Below are positions 9,263 through 18,130 of a stretch of DNA of 64,000 nt, piece after piece. The stretch lies in the NCBI GenBank assembly GCA_943358095.1, contig CALRGT010000004.1, positions 1,997 to 65,996 on the forward strand, read 5' to 3'. The stretch comes from an uncultured Candidatus Saccharimonas sp. Lineage in GTDB: Bacteria > Patescibacteriota > Saccharimonadia > Saccharimonadales > AQU-01. Each line of letters starts with the position of its first letter. Position 1 is the first letter of the stretch. Made by a program: the position numbers and the translations under genes. Under the pieces are notes generated by a model. The model did not search any database and was not told where the DNA came from. It worked only from the letters and a program-made list of their open reading frames with translations.

Positions 9263-9339
9263 TGGAGGGCCCAGTGAGACTTGAACTCACGACACCCTGC
9301 TTAAAAGGCAGGTGCTCTAACCAGCTGAGCTATGGGCCC
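9263..9339 (-). tRNA. tRNA-Lys (anticodon UUU), CCA encoded
   Basis: Manual cloverleaf: acceptor GGGCCCA/TGGGCCC, D arm GCTC-AGCTGGTTA-GAGC, anticodon arm CCTGC-CTTTTAA-GCAGG, T arm GTGAG-TTCAAGT-CTCAC. Confidence 0.9.
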
Positions 9340-9574
9340 CTATTACGGGGTGGTTGATTGTTAAAATTGAGTTCGTCTATTAGACGAATCTTACTCAGCT
9401 GATTAGAGCACCAAGGTGCACATAATTATTTTTGTCCTTAGCCGTGAACGGCTTGGACGCCAGCTGAGCTATGGGCCCCTATATTGGGCAATAGTTATTG
9501 TTACAATTACAATAATATCAATTTAACACCTTATATTATCTCGATTTATAGCAAAAAGTCAATGTTTTAACAGA

Positions 9575-10069
9575 TTACTTGTGCTTCTTTTTGTGAGTTG
9601 GGTGCGGTTGTTTGTGGGTTGATTTTAAGAATATAATGCTAACAAAAAGCCCAAAAGCAACTATGAATCCTTGCATGTTTTCAAGAGTAGCCCACATTTG
9701 GGTGCTGGTGATGTTTGTTTTTGTTGATCCAGCAAATAGCGGAACAACTGACAATGCGGTAAGTAGTCCAACAGCAATAGCGGGAAGTACATTTAGCATT
9801 GCTTTTGATCCTTTAGAGCTTTTGCGTAACAGAATTGCAGCAATAAATGCCGGCAACACTACTAGCGATATATTAAGCGCCTCCTCTGCCAACATTCCTT
9901 GATTAGGAACTGTCGATTTCATTACCAGAGTCAAGTCGCCAATAACAAACATTCTAAGCACAATTCCCGCACATAAGACCAGAAATACTACCGACGCACT
10001 AGTCCGAATAACAATCAGAAACATTGTAGTGAGGCCTGTAATAAGGCCAAGAATTATCAGAGCATTCAT
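9575..10069 (-). CDS. hypothetical polytopic membrane protein
   Basis: 164 aa with about 5 TM helices and a basic C-terminal tail (HKQPHPTHKKKHK). Confidence 0.5.
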   Translation of the reverse strand: MNALIILGLITGLTTMFLIVIRTSASVVFLVLCAGIVLRMFVIGDLTLVMKSTVPNQGMLAEEALNISLVVLPAFIAAILLRKSSKGSKAMLNVLPAIAVGLLTALSVVPLFAGSTKTNITSTQMWATLENMQGFIVAFGLFVSIIFLKSTHKQPHPTHKKKHK

Positions 10070-10157
10070 AGATATATCATAGCATGAGCACTTTGATACT
10101 TTTGCTTATTTAGCGTTGACAAAAATAATCTACAGACCAAACGGCTAGAATACTTAA

Positions 10158-11060
10158 CTACGCGCCGATACGGTCTTTGCGGCGCTTGCCCTTAGCGTTT
10201 TGCTCTACATATTCTATGATTTTTTCTGCTACGTTATGGCCAGTAATTTTTTCTATTCCAAAACCTGGGCTTGCATTTACTTCTAGAACTAGTGGACCAC
10301 GGTTAGATCTAATAATATCAACACCGGCAATCGAAAGTCCCATTGCTTTAGCGGCTTTGAGAGCAGTTTTGCGTTCTTCATCGCTAAGTTTAACTGGTGA
10401 TCCTTCGCCTCCTTGGTGAATATTGGACCTAAAGTCATCGTCTAGACTCTGACGCTTCATACTAGCAACAACTTTGCCGCCAACTACAAAAGCACGGATA
10501 TCAGTACCGGCCGATTCGGCGATAAATTCCTGAACCAAAAAACTCACGCTCTCTACATAAAATGCCTGCATTACAGCTTGAGCAGCTTTGCGTGTTTCCG
10601 CCAAAACCACACCATTACCATGAGTGCCACGAGCAACTTTAATGATTAGCGGTGTGCCGCCAGCTTGGTCGATAACAGCGTCAAGATCAGCAGTTTCGCG
10701 GGCGAATACAGTCTTAGGAATATCTACTCCTGCTTGCGCTAATAATTGACTAGAGCGTAATTTATCACGCGTACGGTTTATAGCAATTGACTTGGAAGTG
10801 GTAAATATTCCCTGCATTTCGAACTGTCGAGCGATAGCAGTTCCGTACTTAGTTAATCCTGATGCGATTCGAGGAATGATGACATCAATATCATCAAGAT
10901 TTTCACCCTCGTAATGAACGACTGGGTTACTCTGCTCAATAGTCACGTAACATTTAGCGTAATTAACTACGATAACTTCGTGACCGCGCTTCTCAGCTTC
11001 TTCCTTTAGACGTTTGGTCGAGTAGTTACCCGGACCCTTAGATAAAATTGCAATTTTCAT
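10158..11060 (-). CDS. rimK: RimK-family ATP-grasp alpha-L-glutamate ligase
   Basis: 300 aa. MKIAILS N-terminus and an ATP-grasp pattern throughout (GTHGNGV, LEVNASPG). Confidence 0.85.
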   Translation of the reverse strand: MKIAILSKGPGNYSTKRLKEEAEKRGHEVIVVNYAKCYVTIEQSNPVVHYEGENLDDIDVIIPRIASGLTKYGTAIARQFEMQGIFTTSKSIAINRTRDKLRSSQLLAQAGVDIPKTVFARETADLDAVIDQAGGTPLIIKVARGTHGNGVVLAETRKAAQAVMQAFYVESVSFLVQEFIAESAGTDIRAFVVGGKVVASMKRQSLDDDFRSNIHQGGEGSPVKLSDEERKTALKAAKAMGLSIAGVDIIRSNRGPLVLEVNASPGFGIEKITGHNVAEKIIEYVEQNAKGKRRKDRIGA

Positions 11061-11075
11061 ATTAAATCCTTTACC

Positions 11076-11495
11076 TTATAGCGTTACGATATCACCTGCA
11101 CGGTTTACGTCAACTAGAAATTTATTTTTCCGCAAAAAACGACGACCAATTAGCACTGGCCATTTCATGTCGCTGCGATCCGCCAAACTAAGTTCTATCG
11201 GATAAGTTCCATCTTTTATTACGATGTTAGTGGTGATAAAGAATCTATGTTCGCTTTTACCATTAGAGCTTTTTACGCGACGGTTAACGTAGTCTGTGGC
11301 TACTATAACAATCTCCGGATGATCAAATGGCGAAAAACGTAAATGCTTTACGTCATCCTTGATAAATTCTTCAATTTTAGTACTATGAAGCGCTCCAGTA
11401 AAAGCACCAGTATCAATCTTGGCTACCACTTTAGACATCCCATATTCTGGAAAGTCTACGTGCTCAAAAGTACTAATTATTTGTTGTTCGTCCAT
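11076..11495 (-). CDS. retropepsin-like aspartic peptidase (family formerly called ATP-dependent zinc protease), RimK partner
   Basis: 139 aa with a KIDTGA (D-T-G-A) motif and a LIGRRFL tail. Immediately upstream of rimK in the same orientation. Confidence 0.7.
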   Translation of the reverse strand: MDEQQIISTFEHVDFPEYGMSKVVAKIDTGAFTGALHSTKIEEFIKDDVKHLRFSPFDHPEIVIVATDYVNRRVKSSNGKSEHRFFITTNIVIKDGTYPIELSLADRSDMKWPVLIGRRFLRKNKFLVDVNRAGDIVTL

Positions 11496-11539
11496 CTTTA
11501 ATCTATATTATGTCAGATTATTAATTTTAAGGCGACTTA

Positions 11540-11656
11540 TTATTTATTAACTTTTTGAATTCGCAAAAAAACTAAGACAATCACAGTAAGCACGACTACC
11601 ACTAGAGCAATCATAAAGGGTATAAAGCCTCGTTGATTATTCATAAGCTTTTTCAT
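11540..11656 (-). CDS. possible 38-aa single-TM micro-protein
   Basis: MKKLMNNQRGFIPFMIALVVVVLTVIVLVFLRIQKVNK*. Below the ORF-track cutoff. No strong RBS seen. Confidence 0.25.
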   Translation of the reverse strand: MKKLMNNQRGFIPFMIALVVVVLTVIVLVFLRIQKVNK

Positions 11657-11721
11657 CTAATCTAATTATTATCCATAATTAGTCATTTGTATAGACTCTT
11701 ATAATCAACAGTAGAAATACT

Positions 11722-12807
11722 CTATTTATTAAATAAGCCGTGCTTCTTGTTGCCCTTAAATTCTTCCAAGAGTTCCTGTTGTTTCTTGGTAATTTTTGTA
11801 GGCGTGTCTACGACGATTGTCACGATATGACTACCCCGAGCAGTACTTTTAAGATGAGGCACTCCATGACCGGATAGCTTAAAGTCAGTTCCACTTTGTG
11901 TGCCAGCAGGTATTTTCATTTTGATAGGACCATCAACGGTTTCTACCTTAATTTCAGTTCCAAGTGCAGCATCAACCATATCAACATGCTCCTCGCTCAA
12001 CACCAAATCACCTTCTCTGGTGAACTTTTTGTGAGGCTTAACACGGATATTCACATACAAGTCGCCCTTGGGACCATGAGCAATGGCTTGACCATGCTCT
12101 CTTAATCTTATTGTTGCGCCGTCGTCTATGCCAGCTGGGACTCGTAGCCGTATATCTTGACGCTTAGACTGAGTGCCTTTGCCCTTACATACTGTACAGA
12201 TCTTTTCAGGGACCTTACCAACACCCTTGCAGCCATCACATACGCTTGCCTGCTGAATATTACCAAAGACTGTTCGCATAACTCGAGTAACCTGACCAGA
12301 GCCCTTACAAGTACCACAGGTTTTTAATTCGTAGCCTGGCTCGGCTGTCGTACCCTTACAATGCTCACAGGTGTCGTCTAGGGTTATCGGGAGAGTTTTT
12401 TCTACGCCAAATATAGCTTCTTCAAAGCTCAGGTCAATGCTAGATTCAACATCTCTACCACGAGCTTCCCGGGACTGTGACTGACCACCGCCAAAGAAGC
12501 TGCCCAAGATATCTCCAAGCCCCATATCACCAAAATCAAAATTATTGCTTCCACCAAATCCTGCATACGGATTGCCGTCACTTGCTGCACTACTACCTAC
12601 ACCAGCATGCCCAAATTGATCATAGCGCTGTCTTTTCGATGCGTCTTTTAGCACTTCGTAGGCTTCGTTTACTTCTTTAAATTTGGCTTCATCACCTCCT
12701 TTGTCTGGGTGATGTTCGATAGCAGCTTTGCGAAAAGCCTTTTTAATTTCGTCAGCTGATGCCGACTTGCCTAGTCCTAATACTTCGTAATAATCTCGTT
12801 TTGCCAT
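11722..12807 (-). CDS. dnaJ: molecular chaperone DnaJ
   Basis: 361 aa with a J domain (HPD), a G/F region and four CxxCxGxG zinc-finger repeats. Confidence 0.95.
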   Translation of the reverse strand: MAKRDYYEVLGLGKSASADEIKKAFRKAAIEHHPDKGGDEAKFKEVNEAYEVLKDASKRQRYDQFGHAGVGSSAASDGNPYAGFGGSNNFDFGDMGLGDILGSFFGGGQSQSREARGRDVESSIDLSFEEAIFGVEKTLPITLDDTCEHCKGTTAEPGYELKTCGTCKGSGQVTRVMRTVFGNIQQASVCDGCKGVGKVPEKICTVCKGKGTQSKRQDIRLRVPAGIDDGATIRLREHGQAIAHGPKGDLYVNIRVKPHKKFTREGDLVLSEEHVDMVDAALGTEIKVETVDGPIKMKIPAGTQSGTDFKLSGHGVPHLKSTARGSHIVTIVVDTPTKITKKQQELLEEFKGNKKHGLFNK

Positions 12808-12817
12808 TTATACTATT

Positions 12818-12844
12818 TTAGCACTCTAAACTAACGAGTGCTAG
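12818..12844 (-). promoter_or_regulatory. CIRCE operator (HrcA site) upstream of dnaJ
   Basis: TTAGCACTC-N9-GAGTGCTAG matches the consensus TTAGCACTC-N9-GAGTGCTAA at 17 of 18 positions. Confidence 0.8.
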
Positions 12845-12849
12845 TTCTT

Positions 12850-13482
12850 TTAAAAGCCCAGCTTAGGACCATAAAAATACCAGAATTCACGCAATATTAA
12901 TACCAATAAAATAACATAAATAGTTACCAGTACTTCTCCGTGATTAAACCTAAGCCATTTAGCGTATTTCTTTTTAATTTTTATTGTTTTATTTTCGATC
13001 AAAAAAAGCACCGTATACCAAGAACTTAGAATCAACACAATCCATACCGTCAAGCAGTAGATACAAATCGCCTTTATTACAAACAGGCTTTGCTCCATCA
13101 AGAACAACATAAACAGCAGACTGCCAACCATCTGAAGTGAATATAATTGCCAGAACCACTTCTTCATCTTGGCACCAGCCAGCATAACAACACCCAAGAA
13201 GATCATTGCGGTAAAACTAGCCAGCCCCATCAACGGATTAGGGAAACCTAGGACCGTAGCAGTTTTGGACTGCATAACAGAGCCACAACTAAGAACTGGA
13301 TTTAGATCACAAATAAAACTAATGCTAGGATCTTTTATTAGTGCAATATGATCCTGGACCAATATAAACGATGCCACGAATCCGACAATTCCGCAAAATA
13401 TCAAAATCACTGGTAAGGTTTGGCTGAGCTTATAACCAAAAACTTTATTGGTTATACTCTGTATTCTCTTGTTTTTTTTCAT
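12850..13482 (-). CDS. vitamin K epoxide reductase (VKOR) family membrane protein
   Basis: 210 aa with loop cysteines C-x7-C (CDLNPVLSC) followed by GSVMQS, a CIYC redox motif in a TM helix, and 4-5 TM helices. Confidence 0.75.
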   Translation of the reverse strand: MKKNKRIQSITNKVFGYKLSQTLPVILIFCGIVGFVASFILVQDHIALIKDPSISFICDLNPVLSCGSVMQSKTATVLGFPNPLMGLASFTAMIFLGVVMLAGAKMKKWFWQLYSLQMVGSLLFMLFLMEQSLFVIKAICIYCLTVWIVLILSSWYTVLFLIENKTIKIKKKYAKWLRFNHGEVLVTIYVILLVLILREFWYFYGPKLGF

Positions 13483-13550
13483 ATCTATAACCAGTATAAC
13501 TCCTTTGTACTGAGCTTACTATGACATCACCAACTTAAGCGTGAATCGTC

Positions 13551-15467
13551 TTACTTTTTGTCGTCGACAACTTCGCCCTCTACAGGCTCTTCTTTGTCAT
13601 CTTTGTCATCTTTCTTATCTTCTGCGTTTTCGTCATTCGCTTCTTCGTCTTTTGCAGCAGCTTCATACATCTTTGCTCCAATTGGCATCGTAGTATCTAC
13701 TAAAGTTTTAGCGGCAGCTTCAAGAGCCTCTTTGTCCGCTTTTTCGTCAGCAATAACTTTTTTGGCTTCTTCAATTGCGTCCGTAAGGGTCTTCAAATCA
13801 TCTTCAGCTAATTTGTCCTTATTATCGTCTTTCATCTTTTCGGCTTGATATATAGCGCTGTCGAGATGATTCTTGGCTTCAATAGATTCACGCAATTTTT
13901 TGTCTTCTTCTGCATGAGCTTCGGCGTCTTTAGCCATTTTTTCTACTTCATCTTTACTTAGTCCAGAACTACCCTGAATAGTAATACTCTGTTCTTTGCC
14001 AGTGCCTTTATCTTTAGCAGTAACATTTAAGATACCGTTAGCGTCTAGGTTAAAGGTGACTTCTACTTGAGGAACTCCACGTGGAGCAGACGGAATACCG
14101 TCCAGAACAAATCGTCCTAGACTCTTATTGTCAGTCACTAATTCACGCTCACCCTGAACGACATGAATTTCAACTGAACTCTGATTGTCTGCTGCAGTCG
14201 AGAAAACCTCGCTTTTGCTAGTAGGAATAGTGCTATTGCGTTCTATCAATTTAGTAGCGACGCCACCAAGAGTTTCGATTCCTAGTGATAGCGGAGTAAC
14301 ATCAAGCAACAGAACATCCTTAACATCTCCCTGTAATACACCGCCTTGGATTGCAGCACCTACGGCTACAACTTCGTCTGGGTTTACGCCCTTCATCGGC
14401 TCTTTACCAAAGATTTTCTTAACTTGCTCGGCAACAGCTGGCATACGAGTCATACCACCTACAAGTACGATAGCATCTATGTCGCTAGCCTTAAGACCGG
14501 CATCTTTTAGCGCTTTTTCGCAAGGGATACTGGTTTTTTCGATTAGATCAGAGACTAAACTTTCTAGCTTAGCTCGGGTCAATTTATGCTCAAAATGCTT
14601 AGGACCTTCAGCATCAGCAGTCAAGAAAGGAAGATTAATATTTACCTCTTGAGCACTTGATAGTTCGATCTTGGCTTTTTCGGCCTCGTCACGCAATCTT
14701 TGCATGGCGGCTTTGTCGTTAGAAATATCTATTCCAGCTTCTTTTTTGAATTCATCGACAAAATAATTTACAAGCACGCGGTCAAAATCGGCACCACCAA
14801 GGTGGGTGTCGCCATTTGTGCTCTTAACTTCAAAAACTCCGTCGCCCAACTCTAGGATAGAAACGTCGAATGTTCCACCACCAAGGTCAAATACGGCAAT
14901 CTTCTCATCGCCCTTCTTTTCCTTATCAAGACCATAAGCCAATGCGGCTGCAGTTGGTTCGTTGATAATTCTCTTTACTTCTAATCCAGCAATCTTACCA
15001 GCATCTTTTGTAGCTTGGCGTTGTGAATCGTCAAAGTAGGCTGGAACCGTAATGACAGCTTCTGTTACAGGTGCACCCAAAAAAGCTTCAGCATCAGCCT
15101 TAAGCTTGCCCAAGATCATGGCACTTACTTCTTCGGCGCTATATTCTTTGTCACCCATTTTAACTTTAGCGCTATTGCCGCTCTTAACGATTTCGTAGCC
15201 CATAAGTTTAAGATCTTTTTGAACTTCTTTGTCGTTAAAGTTACGACCAATAAGTCGTTTTACTTCATAAATTGTGTCTTTGCTGTTAGTAACTTGCTGG
15301 CGTCGTGCTACCTGACCAACCAAGCGTTCACCCTTTTTGTTGATAGCAACTACGCTCGGAGTAGTGCGCGCACCCTCAGAGTTAGCAATAATTTCTGCTT
15401 TGCCTGACTGCATTACAGCCATAGCACTGTTGGTAGTACCGAGATCGATACCGATGATTTTACCCAT
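13551..15467 (-). CDS. dnaK: molecular chaperone DnaK (Hsp70)
   Basis: Hsp70 signatures [17 protein letters not shown] and [10 protein letters not shown]. Start moved from 15494 to ATG 15467, which is preceded by AGGAG. Confidence 0.95.
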   Translation of the reverse strand: MGKIIGIDLGTTNSAMAVMQSGKAEIIANSEGARTTPSVVAINKKGERLVGQVARRQQVTNSKDTIYEVKRLIGRNFNDKEVQKDLKLMGYEIVKSGNSAKVKMGDKEYSAEEVSAMILGKLKADAEAFLGAPVTEAVITVPAYFDDSQRQATKDAGKIAGLEVKRIINEPTAAALAYGLDKEKKGDEKIAVFDLGGGTFDVSILELGDGVFEVKSTNGDTHLGGADFDRVLVNYFVDEFKKEAGIDISNDKAAMQRLRDEAEKAKIELSSAQEVNINLPFLTADAEGPKHFEHKLTRAKLESLVSDLIEKTSIPCEKALKDAGLKASDIDAIVLVGGMTRMPAVAEQVKKIFGKEPMKGVNPDEVVAVGAAIQGGVLQGDVKDVLLLDVTPLSLGIETLGGVATKLIERNSTIPTSKSEVFSTAADNQSSVEIHVVQGERELVTDNKSLGRFVLDGIPSAPRGVPQVEVTFNLDANGILNVTAKDKGTGKEQSITIQGSSGLSKDEVEKMAKDAEAHAEEDKKLRESIEAKNHLDSAIYQAEKMKDDNKDKLAEDDLKTLTDAIEEAKKVIADEKADKEALEAAAKTLVDTTMPIGAKMYEAAAKDEEANDENAEDKKDDKDDKEEPVEGEVVDDKK

Positions 15468-15506
15468 TATTTTGTCTCCTTTTAAATGATTCAATTCGAT
15501 GATTTT

Positions 15507-15533
15507 CTAGCACTCATTATAGCACAGTGCCAA
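15507..15533 (-). promoter_or_regulatory. degenerate CIRCE-like inverted repeat upstream of dnaK
   Basis: CTAGCACTC-N9-CAGTGCCAA matches the consensus at 15 of 18 positions. Confidence 0.5.
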
Positions 15534-15551
15534 CTCATAAATTATAGTTTT

Positions 15552-15578
15552 CTGGCAGTCTCATGTCAAGAGTGCCAG
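15552..15578 (-). promoter_or_regulatory. second CIRCE-like inverted repeat upstream of dnaK
   Basis: CTGGCAGTC-N9-GAGTGCCAG. The arms are 8 of 9 self-complementary, and the right arm is 7 of 9 to consensus. Confidence 0.45.
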
Positions 15579-15638
15579 AATTGTTGTTAGCTGGTTAACT
15601 TCTGACAGCTCTACTTGGTCAAGAAAGCTGACGTAAAC

Positions 15639-15911
15639 TTAAATCTCAAAAATCTTGAACTCAACAAAACCGACGAATCGTCTAAATTCACGCAACACTT
15701 CTTCTTTTGACCCAGTATCGGCTATATTGAGAGTTTCTTTGTCGTCAAGAATAGTACCAACTCGGAATAAATCTTCTCTCAATACCGTTTCAGCATACTC
15801 GCTTTGATTATTCTCAAACTCATCAAGTACGCCGTGCATTGCTATAGGCCATCTAATATCATAAACATCAGGAATTTCGTTTGGCTCAGACTCGTTCATC
15901 ATTTTTGCCAA
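15639..15911 (-). CDS. hypothetical acidic cytoplasmic protein
   Basis: 90-aa ORF between grpE and dnaK with no TM helix and no motif. Confidence 0.45.
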   Translation of the reverse strand: MAKMMNESEPNEIPDVYDIRWPIAMHGVLDEFENNQSEYAETVLREDLFRVGTILDDKETLNIADTGSKEEVLREFRRFVGFVEFKIFEI

Positions 15912-15926
15912 TCAATAGCTATGCAA

Positions 15927-16127
15927 TTAGTCTCTTTTTTCATACTTCATAACACCAAAGGTTGGCTCTAGTCGCCATATTGCAACATCCAATGAGTTCA
16001 ACGCTAAACCTGGACAACCACTATCAACTAACCTGTTATATCTATCTATCACTTCTGAAGAAACTTCTCTCGTCTCTGGATTAAGTTGCTTTGATACTTG
16101 CGACTCAAAAACTTCCGAATTACTCAT
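15927..16127 (-). CDS. hypothetical small protein, translationally coupled to grpE
   Basis: 66 aa with an ATGA overlap with the grpE stop. No motif. Confidence 0.45.
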   Translation of the reverse strand: MSNSEVFESQVSKQLNPETREVSSEVIDRYNRLVDSGCPGLALNSLDVAIWRLEPTFGVMKYEKRD

Positions 16128-16609
16128 CTAGAACCTACCTTTACCATTGCGTGTCTTATTATTTCATCACCAACCTTATAACCAGCTTGTAATTCTTCTG
16201 TCACTACTTCCGTATCACCCTCACCTTCTTCCATGCTAATTGCTTCGTGAAGTTCTGGATTAAAATGCTCGCCAACTGTTTTGATTCGTTCGACGCCAAT
16301 CTTTACCATCGTATCTTCAAACTGCTTAACTACACCTTGGACGCCTTTAATGTAGTCATTGTCAGCCAATTCTTTTGGCACATTTTTTAGGGCTCTCTCA
16401 AAATTATCAATTACCGGCAAAAGTTCTTTTACTATTAGTGACTTATAAAATCCACCCAATTTAATCCGATCTTCTTCCGCTCTACGTCGTACGTTCATCG
16501 CATCGGCTCTTTCGCGCAACAAAGCTTCTGTCAGTTCAGCTATTTGAACTTCGTGCTCGTTTACGACAGGCTCAATTATATCTGCAATATCTTTTTTAAC
16601 TTTACTCAT
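16124..16609 (-). CDS. grpE: nucleotide exchange factor GrpE
   Basis: 161 aa with an N-terminal coiled coil and a C-terminal GrpE core (LLPVIDNFERA, HEAI). Overlaps the hrcA stop. Confidence 0.9.
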   Translation of the reverse strand: MSKVKKDIADIIEPVVNEHEVQIAELTEALLRERADAMNVRRRAEEDRIKLGGFYKSLIVKELLPVIDNFERALKNVPKELADNDYIKGVQGVVKQFEDTMVKIGVERIKTVGEHFNPELHEAISMEEGEGDTEVVTEELQAGYKVGDEIIRHAMVKVGSR

Positions 16610-17306
16610 ACATCGACTCCTCTAGTGTTTTACCTGCTCGTTCAACTAAACTCATTACATCACGATAACTTTGGCGCGTAGGGCCAAGTACACCTATAAA
16701 ACTACGATCGCTAAAAGGACTTCTGAATTTACTAATTATCAAACTGCAGCCACTGTTGCGACCAATAGGATTCTCAGCTCCTATGTATACGCTGAGTGCT
16801 TCGTTGGGAGCAGCTTCTCTAAGCCATGGTTCAAGATTGTCTAATAGTCGCGCCACTTCCTGTACTTGAGCAGGATGAATAAATTCTGGTTGACCAAATA
16901 AGTTACTAAGTCCACTCATATAAAGCTGATTACCAATGGTTCCAAGACCTAGATTATGTGTCAGTTCAACTAACGTATCGACTGTATTACGGATAACTCG
17001 TTCTGGCATTCCTCCGTTATTAGTTCTTGCCGCCAATGCTCTTTCTACGCGAGGATTAGGAGTCTTTACAGATTCGCCACCAACCTGATTAACATAAAAT
17101 CTATAACCTTTATCGGTTGGAACACGTCCAGCACTTGTGTGTGGCTGCGATATAAAGCCTAGTTCTTCAAGGTTGGCCATTTCAGCTCTAACGGTAGCGC
17201 TAGAAACATTAAAAAGCTTAGCCAAGAGACTTGAGCCGACTGGGCTAGCCACCTCAGCATACTGTTCGATTATGGCATCAAGGATTTGAATTTGTCGTTC
17301 AGTCAT
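16602..17306 (-). CDS. hrcA: heat-inducible transcription repressor HrcA (short form)
   Basis: 234 aa with an N-terminal winged helix (LTERQ..IL..I...Y.....PVGS..L). The operon continues with grpE, and a CIRCE site lies upstream. Confidence 0.85.
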   Translation of the reverse strand: MTERQIQILDAIIEQYAEVASPVGSSLLAKLFNVSSATVRAEMANLEELGFISQPHTSAGRVPTDKGYRFYVNQVGGESVKTPNPRVERALAARTNNGGMPERVIRNTVDTLVELTHNLGLGTIGNQLYMSGLSNLFGQPEFIHPAQVQEVARLLDNLEPWLREAAPNEALSVYIGAENPIGRNSGCSLIISKFRSPFSDRSFIGVLGPTRQSYRDVMSLVERAGKTLEESMYE

Positions 17307-17325
17307 AATTAAGCATTATACTTTT

Positions 17326-17352
17326 TTAGCACTTAAGTAACAAGAGTGCCAG
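17326..17352 (-). promoter_or_regulatory. CIRCE-like operator upstream of hrcA
   Basis: TTAGCACTT-N9-GAGTGCCAG matches consensus at 15 of 18 positions. It overlaps the 3' end of the upstream CDS. Confidence 0.65.
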
Positions 17353-18082
17353 CCAGGTAACTCTGAACATCACCTAGCAAATGTACGGCGTAGTCCCTAG
17401 CTTTCTGCTCCTTGTCGGAGTCAAGAACATCGTGCATGAAATATTCATTCAATAGATTAGTACAGGCGTGAAACTCATCATTTATTACAAGTTTGTAGAA
17501 TGGTTCTTTAAGAGCACGGTCAATTTCTTCCAAAGCGCTTTGTAGTCTAATTCGTACTTCATCTTCAGGCATATGACCACGACCGCGTAATCTCTGCATC
17601 CAAACATCAAAAGATGGAGGAAGAATAAACACAATTTTAGCGTCTGGCTTAATTCCATGTATAGTTGTTGCGCCGTCTGGAGTGACTTCGTTTATAGCGA
17701 TCTTGCCTGCTCGATTAGCATTATTGAGCTCTCTTATACTTGCTCCAGAAACCTGCTGACCATGTACTATTGCCGCTTCAAGATACATACCAGTTTTTAA
17801 ATCGTGCAAATAATCTTCTTCGTTTCTAAAGAAATACTCGACACCCTCTTGCTCCCAAACACCATTATTTTGACGTTTAGGCCTAGTGGTGTCTGAAACC
17901 ATATAGTGATAATCGCCAGATTTTAGTAGTTCGTTGATTATGGTGTTACGGCCAGAAGAAGTAGTGCCAACTAACAATACTAAGCGTGTTTTACTTAGTA
18001 TTTCTTGAGCTTCAACACTCGGATGATAGCCCCTTAAGAGCTCTTGAAATTCAGATAAAAGTTTTAATTTTGGTCGTTCCAT
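17333..18082 (-). CDS. guanylate kinase-like P-loop protein with atypical Walker A
   Basis: 249 aa with a Gmk-like SDTTRPKR...GVEYFF block. The P-loop reads GTTSSGRNT, with Arg where the canonical Lys sits. Confidence 0.5.
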   Translation of the reverse strand: MERPKLKLLSEFQELLRGYHPSVEAQEILSKTRLVLLVGTTSSGRNTIINELLKSGDYHYMVSDTTRPKRQNNGVWEQEGVEYFFRNEEDYLHDLKTGMYLEAAIVHGQQVSGASIRELNNANRAGKIAINEVTPDGATTIHGIKPDAKIVFILPPSFDVWMQRLRGRGHMPEDEVRIRLQSALEEIDRALKEPFYKLVINDEFHACTNLLNEYFMHDVLDSDKEQKARDYAVHLLGDVQSYLAGTLVT

Positions 18083-18130
18083 ATACTATTATTAGCAGTT
18101 TTTGACCAAAAAAGCAAAGAACGTAAGAAG

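Noticed and set aside
9393-9482. Possible second intact tRNA (or intron-containing tRNA-Lys) upstream of tRNA-Lys
   Set aside because: Only the first 19 nt of the tRNA and an inverted D-arm fragment are present. No anticodon arm, T arm or 3' acceptor strand can be found, so it is not a functional cloverleaf.
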